This document shows, in pieces, positions 17,805 through 27,128 of a stretch of DNA of 64,000 nucleotides (position 1 is the first letter of the stretch; every line of letters begins with the position of its first letter). The notes under the pieces are model-generated. The model saw nothing but the letters and a program-made list of their open reading frames with translations. It was not told the DNA's origin and searched no databases. A program made the position numbers and the translations under genes. This stretch comes from an uncultured Planctomycetia bacterium (GTDB lineage: Bacteria; Planctomycetota; Planctomycetia; Pirellulales; PALSA-1355). Location of the stretch: positions 4,439,427-4,503,426 of the forward strand of contig CAWDFN010000001.1 in NCBI GenBank assembly GCA_963801675.1, written 5' to 3'.

Positions 17805-19925
17805 ATGGGTCTCGGTTCCCAAATCCGCGCCGGCGCAGCCTACGTCGAGATCACAACGCGCAACGGCGCCCTGGTCAAAGGCCTGAAGAGCGCGCAGAAG
17901 TCGATCAGCGGCTGGGGCACGAGCGTCCGCTCGGCCGGCCTGAAGGTGGCAGGCGCCGGCGTGGCGGCCGTGACGGGCTTTCTGGGCTTTGCCAAGACGT
18001 TTGCCGACGCCGGCAGCGAACTGGTCGATATGAGCCAGCGGACTGGTATGTCGGTCGAAGCGCTCAGCGAGCTGGGTTACGCAGCCGATCAGAGCGGCGC
18101 CGACATGGAGACGTTGGAAGGCGGCGTCAAGAAGATGCAGAAGGCGATCGGCGACGTCGCCGGCGGGAACAAAGACACCGAGCGCAGCTTCGACATGCTC
18201 GGCATCAGCATGGAGGACCTGAAGGGCAAAACGCCCGACGAACAACTGACCATGTTCGGCGAGGCCCTGTCGAAGATCCAAGATCCGCTCGTCAAGAACA
18301 ACCTGGCAATGGACGTCTTCGGGAAGACCGGCACCAAGCTGCTGCCCATGTTCGAGGGGGGCGCCGCGGGCATGGCCGCCCTGCGCGAGGAGGCCAAGCG
18401 TTTGGGGCTGGCCTGGGACACCGACACCGCCAAGTCGGCCGAGGCATTTGGCGACGCGATCAGCACCGTCTGGAAGTTGATCAAAATGGTGTCGATCAGC
18501 ATCGGCGGCGCGCTGCTGCCCGATATGAAGCAGCTCGCCGCCACCGTCACCGAGGTCACCAGCAACACGATCGCGTGGATTAAGGAAAACCAAGATTTCA
18601 TCCGCCTGGTGTTTCGCATCGCGATTGGCGTCGCCGCCGCGGGCGCCGCGCTACTCGCGCTGGGCTGGGTATTGACCACGATCGGCGCCGCGTTGGCGAC
18701 CGGCGTCACGATCGCGGGCCTGTTCGGCACGGCCGTCAGCGTGCTGGGCGGCCTGCTGGCGTTTGTCCTTTCGCCGATTGGCCTGATCACGACGGCCCTG
18801 ATCGCGGGCGCCGCCATCTGGGCCCTTTACACCCAATCGGGCCAGGCGGCAGTCGGCGGTTTGACCAGTTTGTTTGGAGATCTGCTGTCGACGTTCACGC
18901 AAACGTTCGGGGGCATTAAAGACGCACTCCTGGCCGGCGACCTGGCCCTGGCTGGCACGATCGCGGTCGCCGGCCTGCGCGTGGCACTGCTGCAAGGCGT
19001 GGCGGCGCTATCGGAGGCCGTGGGCGGATCGTTCGGCGACTTCCTCGGCACGATCGGCACCCAGATCGCCGGCGGCGACTTGGCGGGCGCCTGGAGCACG
19101 GTAGTCACCGGCATGGCCAACCTGTGGGCCGGCTTCGCCGAGGGACTGGTGGCCGTGTTCACGGTCGCGGCTCGCGCGATCATTGATATGTGGCAGGGCA
19201 TCGAGAACAAGCTCACGAAATTTTTTCTGAAGTACGGCAACAAACGCTTGCTCGGCGTCGACATGAAGGCCGAGCAGGCCCGAGCCGAGAAGGCCCGCCA
19301 GTCGGGCATCGACGTCACGCAGCGCGAGATCGCCACGGCGAAGGAGGACCTGGCGAAGGCCCAGGCCAACGGCGGCTCGTTCGTCGACCAGAACGGGCAA
19401 ACCGCCACGACCCAAGAGCTCGAACGGTTCCTGACCGGTTTGGAAGCCCGGCTGGCCCAGTTGCAGGACGAGAAGCCCGACGTCAAAGGCGACGCGACGA
19501 AGACGGCCGAAGCCATCACCGCGGCCACGGCCGACGCGCTGCGCGGCAAGCTCGACAACCTCGACGCAGCCGCCCAGGAGCGGACGCGTGCCGCCGGCGA
19601 GAACTTTCGCAACCGGACCCGCGGCGGCGCGGACGGCGCCAATGACGCACTGGCCAAGGCGCAGGAAGAGCTCGACGCGGCGGTCGAGGCGGCAAAAGCC
19701 GCGCGTGACGCGGCCACCGAAGACCGTGCCAAGAATGCGCAGAACGGCGCGCCCGATCCCAACGAGCTCGACAAGCTGGCCAAGGACAAGATCGACGTCT
19801 CGGGCACCTTCAACGCCGCGGTCGTCGGCGGCCTGGGCGGCGGCGACGTGCAGGCGGAAATCGCCGCCAATACCAAGGCCACCGCCACCAACACCAAGAA
19901 AAACAACAAGCCCGTGCACAGCTAG
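17805..19925 (+). CDS. Tail tape measure protein (706 aa)
   Basis: IRAGAAYVEI N-terminus, DMSQRTGMSVEALSELGYAA, FGKTGTKLLPM, hydrophobic mid-region. Confidence 0.9.
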   Translation: MGLGSQIRAGAAYVEITTRNGALVKGLKSAQKSISGWGTSVRSAGLKVAGAGVAAVTGFLGFAKTFADAGSELVDMSQRTGMSVEALSELGYAADQSGADMETLEGGVKKMQKAIGDVAGGNKDTERSFDMLGISMEDLKGKTPDEQLTMFGEALSKIQDPLVKNNLAMDVFGKTGTKLLPMFEGGAAGMAALREEAKRLGLAWDTDTAKSAEAFGDAISTVWKLIKMVSISIGGALLPDMKQLAATVTEVTSNTIAWIKENQDFIRLVFRIAIGVAAAGAALLALGWVLTTIGAALATGVTIAGLFGTAVSVLGGLLAFVLSPIGLITTALIAGAAIWALYTQSGQAAVGGLTSLFGDLLSTFTQTFGGIKDALLAGDLALAGTIAVAGLRVALLQGVAALSEAVGGSFGDFLGTIGTQIAGGDLAGAWSTVVTGMANLWAGFAEGLVAVFTVAARAIIDMWQGIENKLTKFFLKYGNKRLLGVDMKAEQARAEKARQSGIDVTQREIATAKEDLAKAQANGGSFVDQNGQTATTQELERFLTGLEARLAQLQDEKPDVKGDATKTAEAITAATADALRGKLDNLDAAAQERTRAAGENFRNRTRGGADGANDALAKAQEELDAAVEAAKAARDAATEDRAKNAQNGAPDPNELDKLAKDKIDVSGTFNAAVVGGLGGGDVQAEIAANTKATATNTKKNNKPVHS

Positions 19926-19930
19926 TCGAA

Positions 19931-20078
19931 GCCGCCGGCGGCCGGCAAGGTGCCGGTGCCAGTAGACGCAGCAAGCGCGCCAAACTGCGGCGCGCAGCAA
20001 CAACCGCACTCACCCAACGCACGATGTTCCACTGACGTATTTCGCCAGCCGGGGCTCCCGGCAGCCCGCCGCGTAGGC
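19931..20078 (+). repeat. Cruciform repeat, long-spacer variant
   Basis: CCGGCA AGG TGCCGG and GCCGGG GCT CCCGGC hairpins; terminal GCCGCGTAGGC. Confidence 0.8.
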
Positions 20079-20093
20079 GCGTAACTCTCCCAC

Positions 20094-20109
20094 CATTTCG
20101 CGCGTAATC
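20094..20109. promoter_or_regulatory. parS-like palindrome copy 4 (CATTTCGCGCGTAATC)
   Basis: Intergenic after the tape measure; one mismatch to consensus. Confidence 0.6.
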
Positions 20110-20126
20110 ACTTCGCCACAATCACC

Positions 20127-20945
20127 ATGCCGATCATCTACGACGAACGCTGGGACTCGGGCAACGGCTCGGTCTCGGCCGACAGCGACGAGAAGGACCT
20201 GATCTACCTGGTGGCCGGCGCGGCCAACCAGGACGAGGCGGAGATCTTCATCGACGGCATCGCGCCGCTGAGCCTGACGCGCCCCAGCGGTCGCACGATC
20301 GTCAAGCAGACGATGGAGTTCGAGATGGCCGAAGGCGGCCTGGTGAGCGTGACGGTGCACTACGGCCCGCGCAAGCCGTCGCAGGTCGGCGAGTTCACCC
20401 TCAACTTCGACACCACCGGCGGCACGGCCAAGATCACCCAGAGCAAGCGGACGATCAACAAATACGCTCCGCCGGGAAAAACGGCGCCCGATTTCAAAGG
20501 CGCCATCGGCGTCACGGCCGACGGCGTCGAGGGCGTCGAGGTCGGCGTCTCCGTGTTCAAGTGGACCGAGACGCACACGCTGCCGCTGGCCGCCTGCACG
20601 ATGACCTACGGCCTGATCCTGGCGGCCCTCTCGCACCACTACAACAACGCGCCCTTCCGCGTCTTCCCGGCCGGCGCCGTCATCTTTCGCGGCAGCACCG
20701 GCGGCAAGAAGGACGAGGACACGGCCGAGATCAGTTTCAGCTTCGAGGCCGGCGTGCACGCCACCGGCCTGTCGTGCGGCGCCATCACGGGCATCGAAAA
20801 AAAGGCCTGGGAATACCTGTGGGTGCGCTACGAGGACGTGTTCGACGCCACGGCCAAGGCCACGACCAAGGTGCCGCTGGCCGCCTACGTCGAGGAAATC
20901 TGCGACCCGGCCGACTTTTCCCGGTTGGGGATCGGAACGACGTAG
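20127..20945 (+). CDS. Tail tip/hub protein
   Basis: Directly after the tape measure; FDTTGGT, GAIGV and KKAWEYLWV motifs. Confidence 0.65.
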   Translation: MPIIYDERWDSGNGSVSADSDEKDLIYLVAGAANQDEAEIFIDGIAPLSLTRPSGRTIVKQTMEFEMAEGGLVSVTVHYGPRKPSQVGEFTLNFDTTGGTAKITQSKRTINKYAPPGKTAPDFKGAIGVTADGVEGVEVGVSVFKWTETHTLPLAACTMTYGLILAALSHHYNNAPFRVFPAGAVIFRGSTGGKKDEDTAEISFSFEAGVHATGLSCGAITGIEKKAWEYLWVRYEDVFDATAKATTKVPLAAYVEEICDPADFSRLGIGTT

Positions 20946-20952
20946 GCTCCCC

Positions 20953-22046
20953 ATGGCAGGTTTCAACAACGTCCGAGCCGGCCAAGAGATCGACATCTCG
21001 GCCGCCCTGTGGAACGACGTGCTGGCGATGCGCCGCTGGTGGCTCGCGCAGCTGGGCGGCTTTCGCGCCGGCACGGGAGGCGGGTCGCGCGACTTTGACA
21101 CGCTGTTGATCCAGAACAACAGCGGCGGCGATCGCGACGCGTTCGAGATTTTGGGCATCGACAACGCCGGCATTACGCCCACCGACAATCTCAACGAGTT
21201 TCGCTCGCGGCCCTCGCTCAAGGGAATCACGCCCACCACGGCCGACCACTATTCGAAGTTCGCCGTGCTGCTGGAGCCGGCGACGAGCGCCGCGGTGCGG
21301 ATGTGCGCCCTCGACGGCATCGTGCCCGTGCAGCTCGACGTCGGCCACGCCAGCCACACCCATGCCGACGTCAAGAACAGCGACTGCACCAAGCTGAAGA
21401 CCGAATTCTCCGGGGCGCGCAGATCCTGTGGAAGGAGAGCGGCACGGGCACGAAGTGGGGCCTGGTGCGGCTGGGCGTTTCGCCCCGGCCCGTGCTGGGC
21501 AAAACCGACGCCCAATGCGCAACGGGTGCAACGGGCACGGTCAGCATTTACACCGGCACGCCGGGCAGCGAGACGGACACCGGCGCCAACGTCACCGGAG
21601 TCTTCAACAAGTTCAGCTCGTTAGCCATCGACACTTGGGTGATCCTCGACTGGATCGATGGCAAACCGTATTTTGCGGGAAGTGGCCGAGGCTCGCGCCG
21701 CTTTAAGTGTCTCCTGAACGGAGCGCTGACGTCGGGCACCGCGTCGGCGCCGATCGACACCCTCACCGCGCTGGACGGCGGCTCGGTGCCGGCGGCCACC
21801 TTGGCCAGGAACTATCTTCACTGGGCGGGAGCGGACAACGATCAGGCCATCATTTCGGAAGACTGGTCGAGCGGCAGTCTCGACTACCTGCTCGAGTCCG
21901 TCGCGTGGGACGTCATCCCGTCGGTCACCGATTCGCTGGTCGACAACGCCAACAAGAAGCTGCAAAAGAAAACGACCGACCTGCTCGGGAAGGCCAACGC
22001 CGCCCAGTCCGCCGCGACCGACGTCGACGTGGGGACGCTCTGCTAA
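20953..22046 (+). CDS. Tail-associated protein (frameshift near 21415)
   Basis: ORF 20953 (...LKTEFSG) continues as AQILWKESGTGTKWGLVRLG in the frame of ORF 21303. Confidence 0.6.
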
Positions 22047-22660
22047 TGCCGCTCGCATGGAAAAACGTGTCGGGAACCAACCATCTCGTATGGAAGAGCG
22101 TATCCGGCACGAACCACCTTAGCCACGGTTGCACGCACTGCACGGGTAGCTGCGCGAATTTCTTCAAACTGAATTCTTGTCAGGTGATTATCGCTGGCGC
22201 GCAATCGAATACGGCTGTCTACTCGGGTCTGGCCGGCTGTTGCGAAGCCTGGCTTAACGCGACGTTTAATTTGCCGATCTTGCCGGGCGGATGCCAATTC
22301 GACGGCTACGTAGACAACTCGACCTATTGCGCCGGCGCGTCGCCAGCGCCGACGCCGTGCGGCTTCACGTGGGCCGGCTACACTCGTTTCGAGATCTCCG
22401 TATTTCCTGTTCTGGTGAGCAGCGGTCCAAACGTGTGCGCCCTCGGAATTCAATTCAAAAAGTCACCAGGCGGAAGCAGCCTTTGTAGCCAGCAACCGTT
22501 TTTCCTCACGCCAAACATCCCGGTTGTGGGCGACGTGTGGCGTTGTACCGGAACATTTTCGACAACTCAAATCCCCTCGACTTGCGACGCCGACAACCCG
22601 GGTTACCCCGAGGGCTACCTATGCGCCGGCGGCGGGCCGGCGCCCCTGCGGTGTGCCTAA
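22046..22660 (+). CDS. Cys-rich, lower-GC tail tip/receptor-binding candidate
   Basis: TAATG overlap; about 15 Cys in 204 aa; tandem WK(N/S)VSGTNHL; visibly more A/T-rich codon usage. Confidence 0.55.
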   Translation: MPLAWKNVSGTNHLVWKSVSGTNHLSHGCTHCTGSCANFFKLNSCQVIIAGAQSNTAVYSGLAGCCEAWLNATFNLPILPGGCQFDGYVDNSTYCAGASPAPTPCGFTWAGYTRFEISVFPVLVSSGPNVCALGIQFKKSPGGSSLCSQQPFFLTPNIPVVGDVWRCTGTFSTTQIPSTCDADNPGYPEGYLCAGGGPAPLRCA

Positions 22661-22696
22661 TGCAACCCGCCACGGTAACCCTAGTTGTAAACTGAA

Positions 22697-23029
22697 ATGC
22701 TTTGCGAGTTCGAGACGACCGACAACGGCGACGGCACATTCTCGCAGCTCTGCAAACGCTGCGGGCATAGCGCGACAACGACCACAGAGCGATACTACAA
22801 CGGCTGTTCTGTCGTCGGGTGGGGCGATCGGCTGAAAGCGGCATTCGCCCGTAGGGGGATCACCAAGGAGCTTTACGCCGCGGCCCGCGGCCGCCATCGC
22901 GTGGTGGGCGGGATGAACTGCGTCCTGGTCGAGCTGCCCCCCGACGAGCCGACCTGCAACTGCGACGAGCGCCAGGCCTGGCTAAACCGTTGGGGCAACG
23001 CGCTGGTTAATCGCTGGTGGCCTACCTGA
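22697..23029 (+). CDS. Small Cys-rich phage protein
   Basis: CKRCG, GWGDRL and CNCDERQAWLN motifs. Confidence 0.6.
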   Translation: MLCEFETTDNGDGTFSQLCKRCGHSATTTTERYYNGCSVVGWGDRLKAAFARRGITKELYAAARGRHRVVGGMNCVLVELPPDEPTCNCDERQAWLNRWGNALVNRWWPT

Positions 23030-23207
23030 CCGCCGAAGGCCGCGGCTGGACCTGCTTGGGTCCGCGCGCGTAGTGCACGACGCACAGCTCGCTGGACTCG
23101 AAGCCCATCGCGATCAGCACGCGGAGCTGCGCGTAGAGTTCGGAGTTTCGCCGATGGTACCGCCGCCACGGTTCGGTGACCACGTCCTGCCACTTGCGCT
23201 CGCTCAT
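23022..23207 (-). CDS. Small hypothetical protein (MSERKWQDVV...)
   Basis: GGAGG Shine-Dalgarno upstream of the ATG on the minus strand. Confidence 0.5.
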   Translation of the reverse strand: MSERKWQDVVTEPWRRYHRRNSELYAQLRVLIAMGFESSELCVVHYARGPKQVQPRPSAVR

Positions 23208-23317
23208 GCTGGTTTCCTCCGGTTGTGGGTGCCGGTGGTTCGGCCGCTGGTGTCCCATGGTACCGACCCACGCGATTTTGTTGAACGGGAGCTGCTAGCG
23301 TGATAAACTACCCCCCC

Positions 23318-24016
23318 ATGAAGACCACTCTGCGTCTCTGCCTGGCCGCCATCCTGTTGTGCCCGATCGCGGTCCACGCCGCGGACGAACGGGTCGAGCC
23401 CGACGTGGATCTCTTTCGCAACGATTCGGCCGACCAGCGGGCCGTGCTGGTGACCCGCGCCAAGGAGAACATGCTCTTCCGCGAGCAGCTCCTGCGCCGC
23501 TGCCGGGGCGGCCGCATCAACCCCAAGCTCGGAAAAGAGGTTTCGATTTCCGGCGATGGGCCGGTGTTCTTTGAGAGCAAGGTCGCGAAGGACAACGTGG
23601 TCAATCGCCTGGCCGCGCGCGTGGCCGACGACAAGAAGCGGCTGCCGAAGATCAACGCGGGCACCGAACCGCTCGCCCCGTTTCTGCGCGGCCCGCTGCG
23701 GATCGGCCAGGTCGGCCGGCTCGAATTTCCCGATCCGGAGATCCGCCAGGTCGTCGACGAGTCGAACCTTTTGGCCGACGTGATCTATCGGACGCGCGAG
23801 AGCACGCGGGGCCTCAAAGCCCTGTATTGGGTGAAGGGGGTCGGCACGCGCAACTTGTCCGACGGCAACCGCGTGGACCTGGAAGACGAGATCTTCATCG
23901 TCGAAGACTCGAAACAGTACGGCACGGCCCTGGGCAGCACCAACACGGTGCGCGTGCTGCGCGTGATGAGCAACGACGAAGTCGAAGCCCTCCGCACGCG
24001 CCTGGTCAAGAAGTAG
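23318..24016 (+). CDS. Secreted hypothetical protein (moron-like)
   Basis: Signal peptide MKTTLRLCLAAILLCPIAVHA; last gene before att. Confidence 0.65.
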   Translation: MKTTLRLCLAAILLCPIAVHAADERVEPDVDLFRNDSADQRAVLVTRAKENMLFREQLLRRCRGGRINPKLGKEVSISGDGPVFFESKVAKDNVVNRLAARVADDKKRLPKINAGTEPLAPFLRGPLRIGQVGRLEFPDPEIRQVVDESNLLADVIYRTRESTRGLKALYWVKGVGTRNLSDGNRVDLEDEIFIVEDSKQYGTALGSTNTVRVLRVMSNDEVEALRTRLVKK

Positions 24017-24231
24017 CCCCGCGGGGTTCTGCCTCACATGCCCGAGCCGCCACGCGGCTGCAGCCGCGCAGCGACCCGAGCGAGGTCGCACCCGTCCCTG
24101 GGCGTCAAACGGCGATCGCCAGGACCCGCGGCACATTTTAGTTCGCCGCCGCGCCGCCCGCGACTGCGATCCCGCTAGCAGCTCCCCGACAATTCGCCCG
24201 CCAGAACGCCCCAGCGGCCGCCTGCCACGCC

Positions 24232-24277
24232 CGGAATCATAATCCGCGTGTCCGGGGTTCGAATCCCTGCGCCGCTA
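24232..24277 (+). other. att core: 3' half of tRNA with CAT anticodon (Met/Ile2)
   Basis: CGGA-ATCATAA-TCCG anticodon arm, GGGGTTCGAATCCC T-arm and acceptor 3' strand. No D-arm or 5' acceptor strand upstream. Confidence 0.85.
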
Positions 24278-24336
24278 CTGAAGGGAATGGATTGCAATCG
24301 TTGCCGTTCTTCGTGGTTTCGGCACTTGATTGCCGC

Positions 24337-25482
24337 TCAGCTTGCCCGCTGACGGGCTTGTTTCCAGCCGGCGATGGCCTGCTCCCATTGTTGGGCGCGG
24401 ACGCGCCAGGTGCACTCGGCGTTGATGGCTTGGATTTGTTCCAGCCGGGCGGCGGCGAAGGCGCGGGGGTCGGCGGCCCGGTGGCGGAGGACTTCTTTGA
24501 GCCGGTTCAGGTAAGCTCGGGCAAAATCGGTGGGGCTCTGGTTGGTGACGTCGATGGGAACCAAGGCCCCGAAACCCATCGTGGTCTCGGCCAGCGCGCC
24601 CAAATCGGTGGTTACGACGAACAGGCCGGCGGCCAGCGCCTCCATGACCGCGATGCAGCTTGTTTCGGCCCAGGTGTTGGGGTAAGCAAGCACCGAAGCG
24701 CTCTTCAACGCGTCGGCCAGCCGTGGTTGGGGCACCGAACCCACGTAACGCAACCCGGGCGTGGATCGGCACTGGTCGTAAAGGATCTTGTACTCGTCGG
24801 CCGGCTCGTCTTGCTGGTAGACCTTCATGCTCGAAAAGACTTCGAGCTCGGCGTCGGGAAAGTCGACGCGCGCCGCGACGAAGACCGGCACCAGCAGATC
24901 GAGCCCGCGGAACGGCGTGCTGGTGTAGCTCAGCAGCAGGCGCCGGCTCTTGGCCTCGGCCAGCTCGTCACGACTTGCGAATAGTCCCTCGAAGGCCGGC
25001 CCGATCGCGTTGCGCAGGATCGATGTGCCGCTCGGGCGCAAGCCAAATCGCTCGATCAGCGTCGCTCGCTGCCACTGGGAGACGCAGACGAACGCGTCCC
25101 ACGCGTCGCGCGCTTCGGGCCGATCGAGCGCCTGCATGGCGGGCTGGTCACTCGCATGCTGCGTCCACAGGACGAGCGACGTGCGGGGGTCAAGGTGCGG
25201 GCGAAGCTGCAAGCAGGCGTCGGCCGGACCGTTAAGCACGACCAACGCGTCGAATGGCTGGGTAAACGCGGTCCACAGCAGTCCGCGAGTCGAAACGCAC
25301 GTCACTCCCATGACTTCGCGAGGAGAACGGGTGCCCGAGAAGAGCGTGACCCGCGCCTGCCGCCGGGCCAATTCCACCGCCAGGTAGGTGAGCGCCGACT
25401 GTGACCCGCCAAGGGGTCGCTGGTAGGGCGTGGACACGTCATAGTCCCACTCGATCGCATCCAGGAAGGCGATGTTCATCAT
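24337..25482 (-). CDS. Glycosyltransferase family 4
   Basis: PLGGSQSA, YTSTPFRGL and ETSCIAVMEALAAG (EX7E) motifs. Confidence 0.9.
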   Translation of the reverse strand: MMNIAFLDAIEWDYDVSTPYQRPLGGSQSALTYLAVELARRQARVTLFSGTRSPREVMGVTCVSTRGLLWTAFTQPFDALVVLNGPADACLQLRPHLDPRTSLVLWTQHASDQPAMQALDRPEARDAWDAFVCVSQWQRATLIERFGLRPSGTSILRNAIGPAFEGLFASRDELAEAKSRRLLLSYTSTPFRGLDLLVPVFVAARVDFPDAELEVFSSMKVYQQDEPADEYKILYDQCRSTPGLRYVGSVPQPRLADALKSASVLAYPNTWAETSCIAVMEALAAGLFVVTTDLGALAETTMGFGALVPIDVTNQSPTDFARAYLNRLKEVLRHRAADPRAFAAARLEQIQAINAECTWRVRAQQWEQAIAGWKQARQRAS

Positions 25483-25705
25483 GGCTTGGCTGGCCGCGAA
25501 CTGTTGGGCTTCGATCGCCGCGAAATGAGCCACTCGGTCGAGTCTTCAATCGTACCCCACGGCGGCTCGGCTGCCCATCGGTTGGACTCGAAGACGCGGT
25601 CGGCGAACTTCACGCAGATCGCCGGGTTTTTTCGACTTTTCGGCGAACCGCCTGGGCATGCGCGACGTCTGAAGCGCAGAGAGGGCCTTGAGGGAGACCG
25701 ACACG

Positions 25706-26260
25706 ATGAGCGCGAGACATTTGACGAGCGTCGAACTTGAAGCGGGGTTGGACGAAATCCGCCAGTCGCCCAAGGACGAGGGCGTCGTGGAGATGATCGT
25801 GCGACGGCCGCGGCCGGGAGAGCGGGAAGTCTTGGCGAGTGCCGACTTGGACCTGGACGAAGGCCTCGTGGGCGACAACTGGAAAAGCCGTGGCAGCAGG
25901 CACATGCAAGACGGGTCGGCGGATCCGGATGCGCAACTGACGGTAATGAACGCCCGCGCGATCGAGCTGGCGGCACAGGACAGGAATCGTTGGCCGTTGG
26001 CGGGAGATCAGTTGTTTGTCGACTTCGATCTGAGCGCGGACAATTTGCCGCCCGGGTCGCGATTGGAAATTGGCTCGGCCGTGATCGAGGTGACCGCCTT
26101 GCCTCACACCGGCTGCAAGCAATTCGAGGCCCGATTTGGGCGGGATGCTGTGAAGGTTTTTAATTCAGGCGTGGGGAAACGACTGCGACTGCGGGGCATC
26201 AATGCGAAGATCGTGCAGCCGGGCGCGGTCCGCGTCGGTGACGTTGCGAGGCGCGTTTAG
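25706..26260 (+). CDS. MOSC domain protein
   Basis: EGLVGDNW, LAGDQLFVD, PHTGCKQF and LRGINAKIV motifs. Confidence 0.85.
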   Translation: MSARHLTSVELEAGLDEIRQSPKDEGVVEMIVRRPRPGEREVLASADLDLDEGLVGDNWKSRGSRHMQDGSADPDAQLTVMNARAIELAAQDRNRWPLAGDQLFVDFDLSADNLPPGSRLEIGSAVIEVTALPHTGCKQFEARFGRDAVKVFNSGVGKRLRLRGINAKIVQPGAVRVGDVARRV

Positions 26261-26453
26261 ACGAAGGGAAGACGGGGCCAGATCATGCTGCGAGCGATCC
26301 TGACGGCACTGCGCAGCTTGTTTCGCCCGCGACGAGTGCGCAGGGTCGCCGGAAGCTATTGCGCCGCAATCGCGTCACGCCGCGACGGGCGTCGCGACGC
26401 GGGTCGCCAGCGGTTCTCCGGCGTCGGCCCAACGGAGTGAAGGGAGGTTTACG

Positions 26454-26957
26454 ATGAATGCAGCTTACGAAAAACTGATCCAGCATCTGGATGAGCAGCA
26501 CATCGGCTACTGGTCGAACAGCGACGAGCGATCGATCTGCGCGGATTTCCGTGGCGCGGTCGGGAATTATCGGATTTACGCGCGCGTCGATGCCGACGAC
26601 AGCCTATTCCAGGTCTTCGGAAATTCGCCAGTGCGAGTTCCGCCAGGGTGCCGTCCAGCGATCGCCGAGGTGATTGCCCGGGCCAACTGCGGCTTGAAAG
26701 TCGGCAAGTTCGAGATGAACTATGACGAAGGCGACCTGCGCTTCCAGGCGGCCCACATTCTCACCGACGACAGTCTGGACGACGACACGATCCGGCGCTT
26801 GATGGGAACCGCCATGGCGATGCTGGACATCTATCTGCCCGCGGTCCTGTCGGTGATCTACGGCAACGAGTTGCCCGCGGACGCGATCCGGAATGTGGAG
26901 CCGGCTCGCCCCGGTTCGGACGAATCTGAAGGTGATGCGCGGAGAGCCGACGACTGA
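26454..26957 (+). CDS. YbjN-domain protein
   Basis: IARANCGLKVGKFEMNYDEGDLRF signature. Confidence 0.8.
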   Translation: MNAAYEKLIQHLDEQHIGYWSNSDERSICADFRGAVGNYRIYARVDADDSLFQVFGNSPVRVPPGCRPAIAEVIARANCGLKVGKFEMNYDEGDLRFQAAHILTDDSLDDDTIRRLMGTAMAMLDIYLPAVLSVIYGNELPADAIRNVEPARPGSDESEGDARRADD

Positions 26958-27128
26958 GCCATGCCGAAGGGGACGGCTCGGCCGGCGGCTCTGTGCGATT
27001 TAGCCGGCCTATCGACGGCCATCGCTTGGATGTCACTTCAGACTGATTTCCTCCAGCGCCAGGCTGCGGCTACAATGCCGGCTTATCGGTTTCTCTCGGT
27101 GCCGAGATGTCCCAACTGAAAGTCGCGC

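Larger units (their letters stand above)
1..24277 (+). mobile_element. Prophage (right portion), siphovirus-like, integrated at a tRNA(CAT) gene
   Basis: Co-oriented terminase-portal-protease-capsid-head/tail-tail tube-chaperone-tape measure gene order with no sheath gene. Ends at a tRNA 3' fragment (24232-24277). The left end and integrase lie outside the window. Confidence 0.93.

Noticed and set aside
692-20078. Cruciform repeats as a CRISPR array or intrinsic terminators
   Set aside because: Copies are dispersed over 20 kb without regular spacers or cas genes. Most lack a U-tract, one is inverted and one lies inside a CDS.
1730-21430. Frameshifts at ~1740, ~6860, ~16450 and ~21415 as programmed recoding or prophage decay
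   Set aside because: No slippery heptamers at these sites, and host genes show the same indel pattern; most likely sequencing errors.
20127-24016. Diversity-generating retroelement (prompted by the BPP-1-like head proteins)
   Set aside because: No reverse transcriptase and no TR/VR repeat pair seen in the window.
24180-24280. Complete tRNA-Met gene
   Set aside because: No D-arm or complementary 5' acceptor strand; only the 3' half is present.
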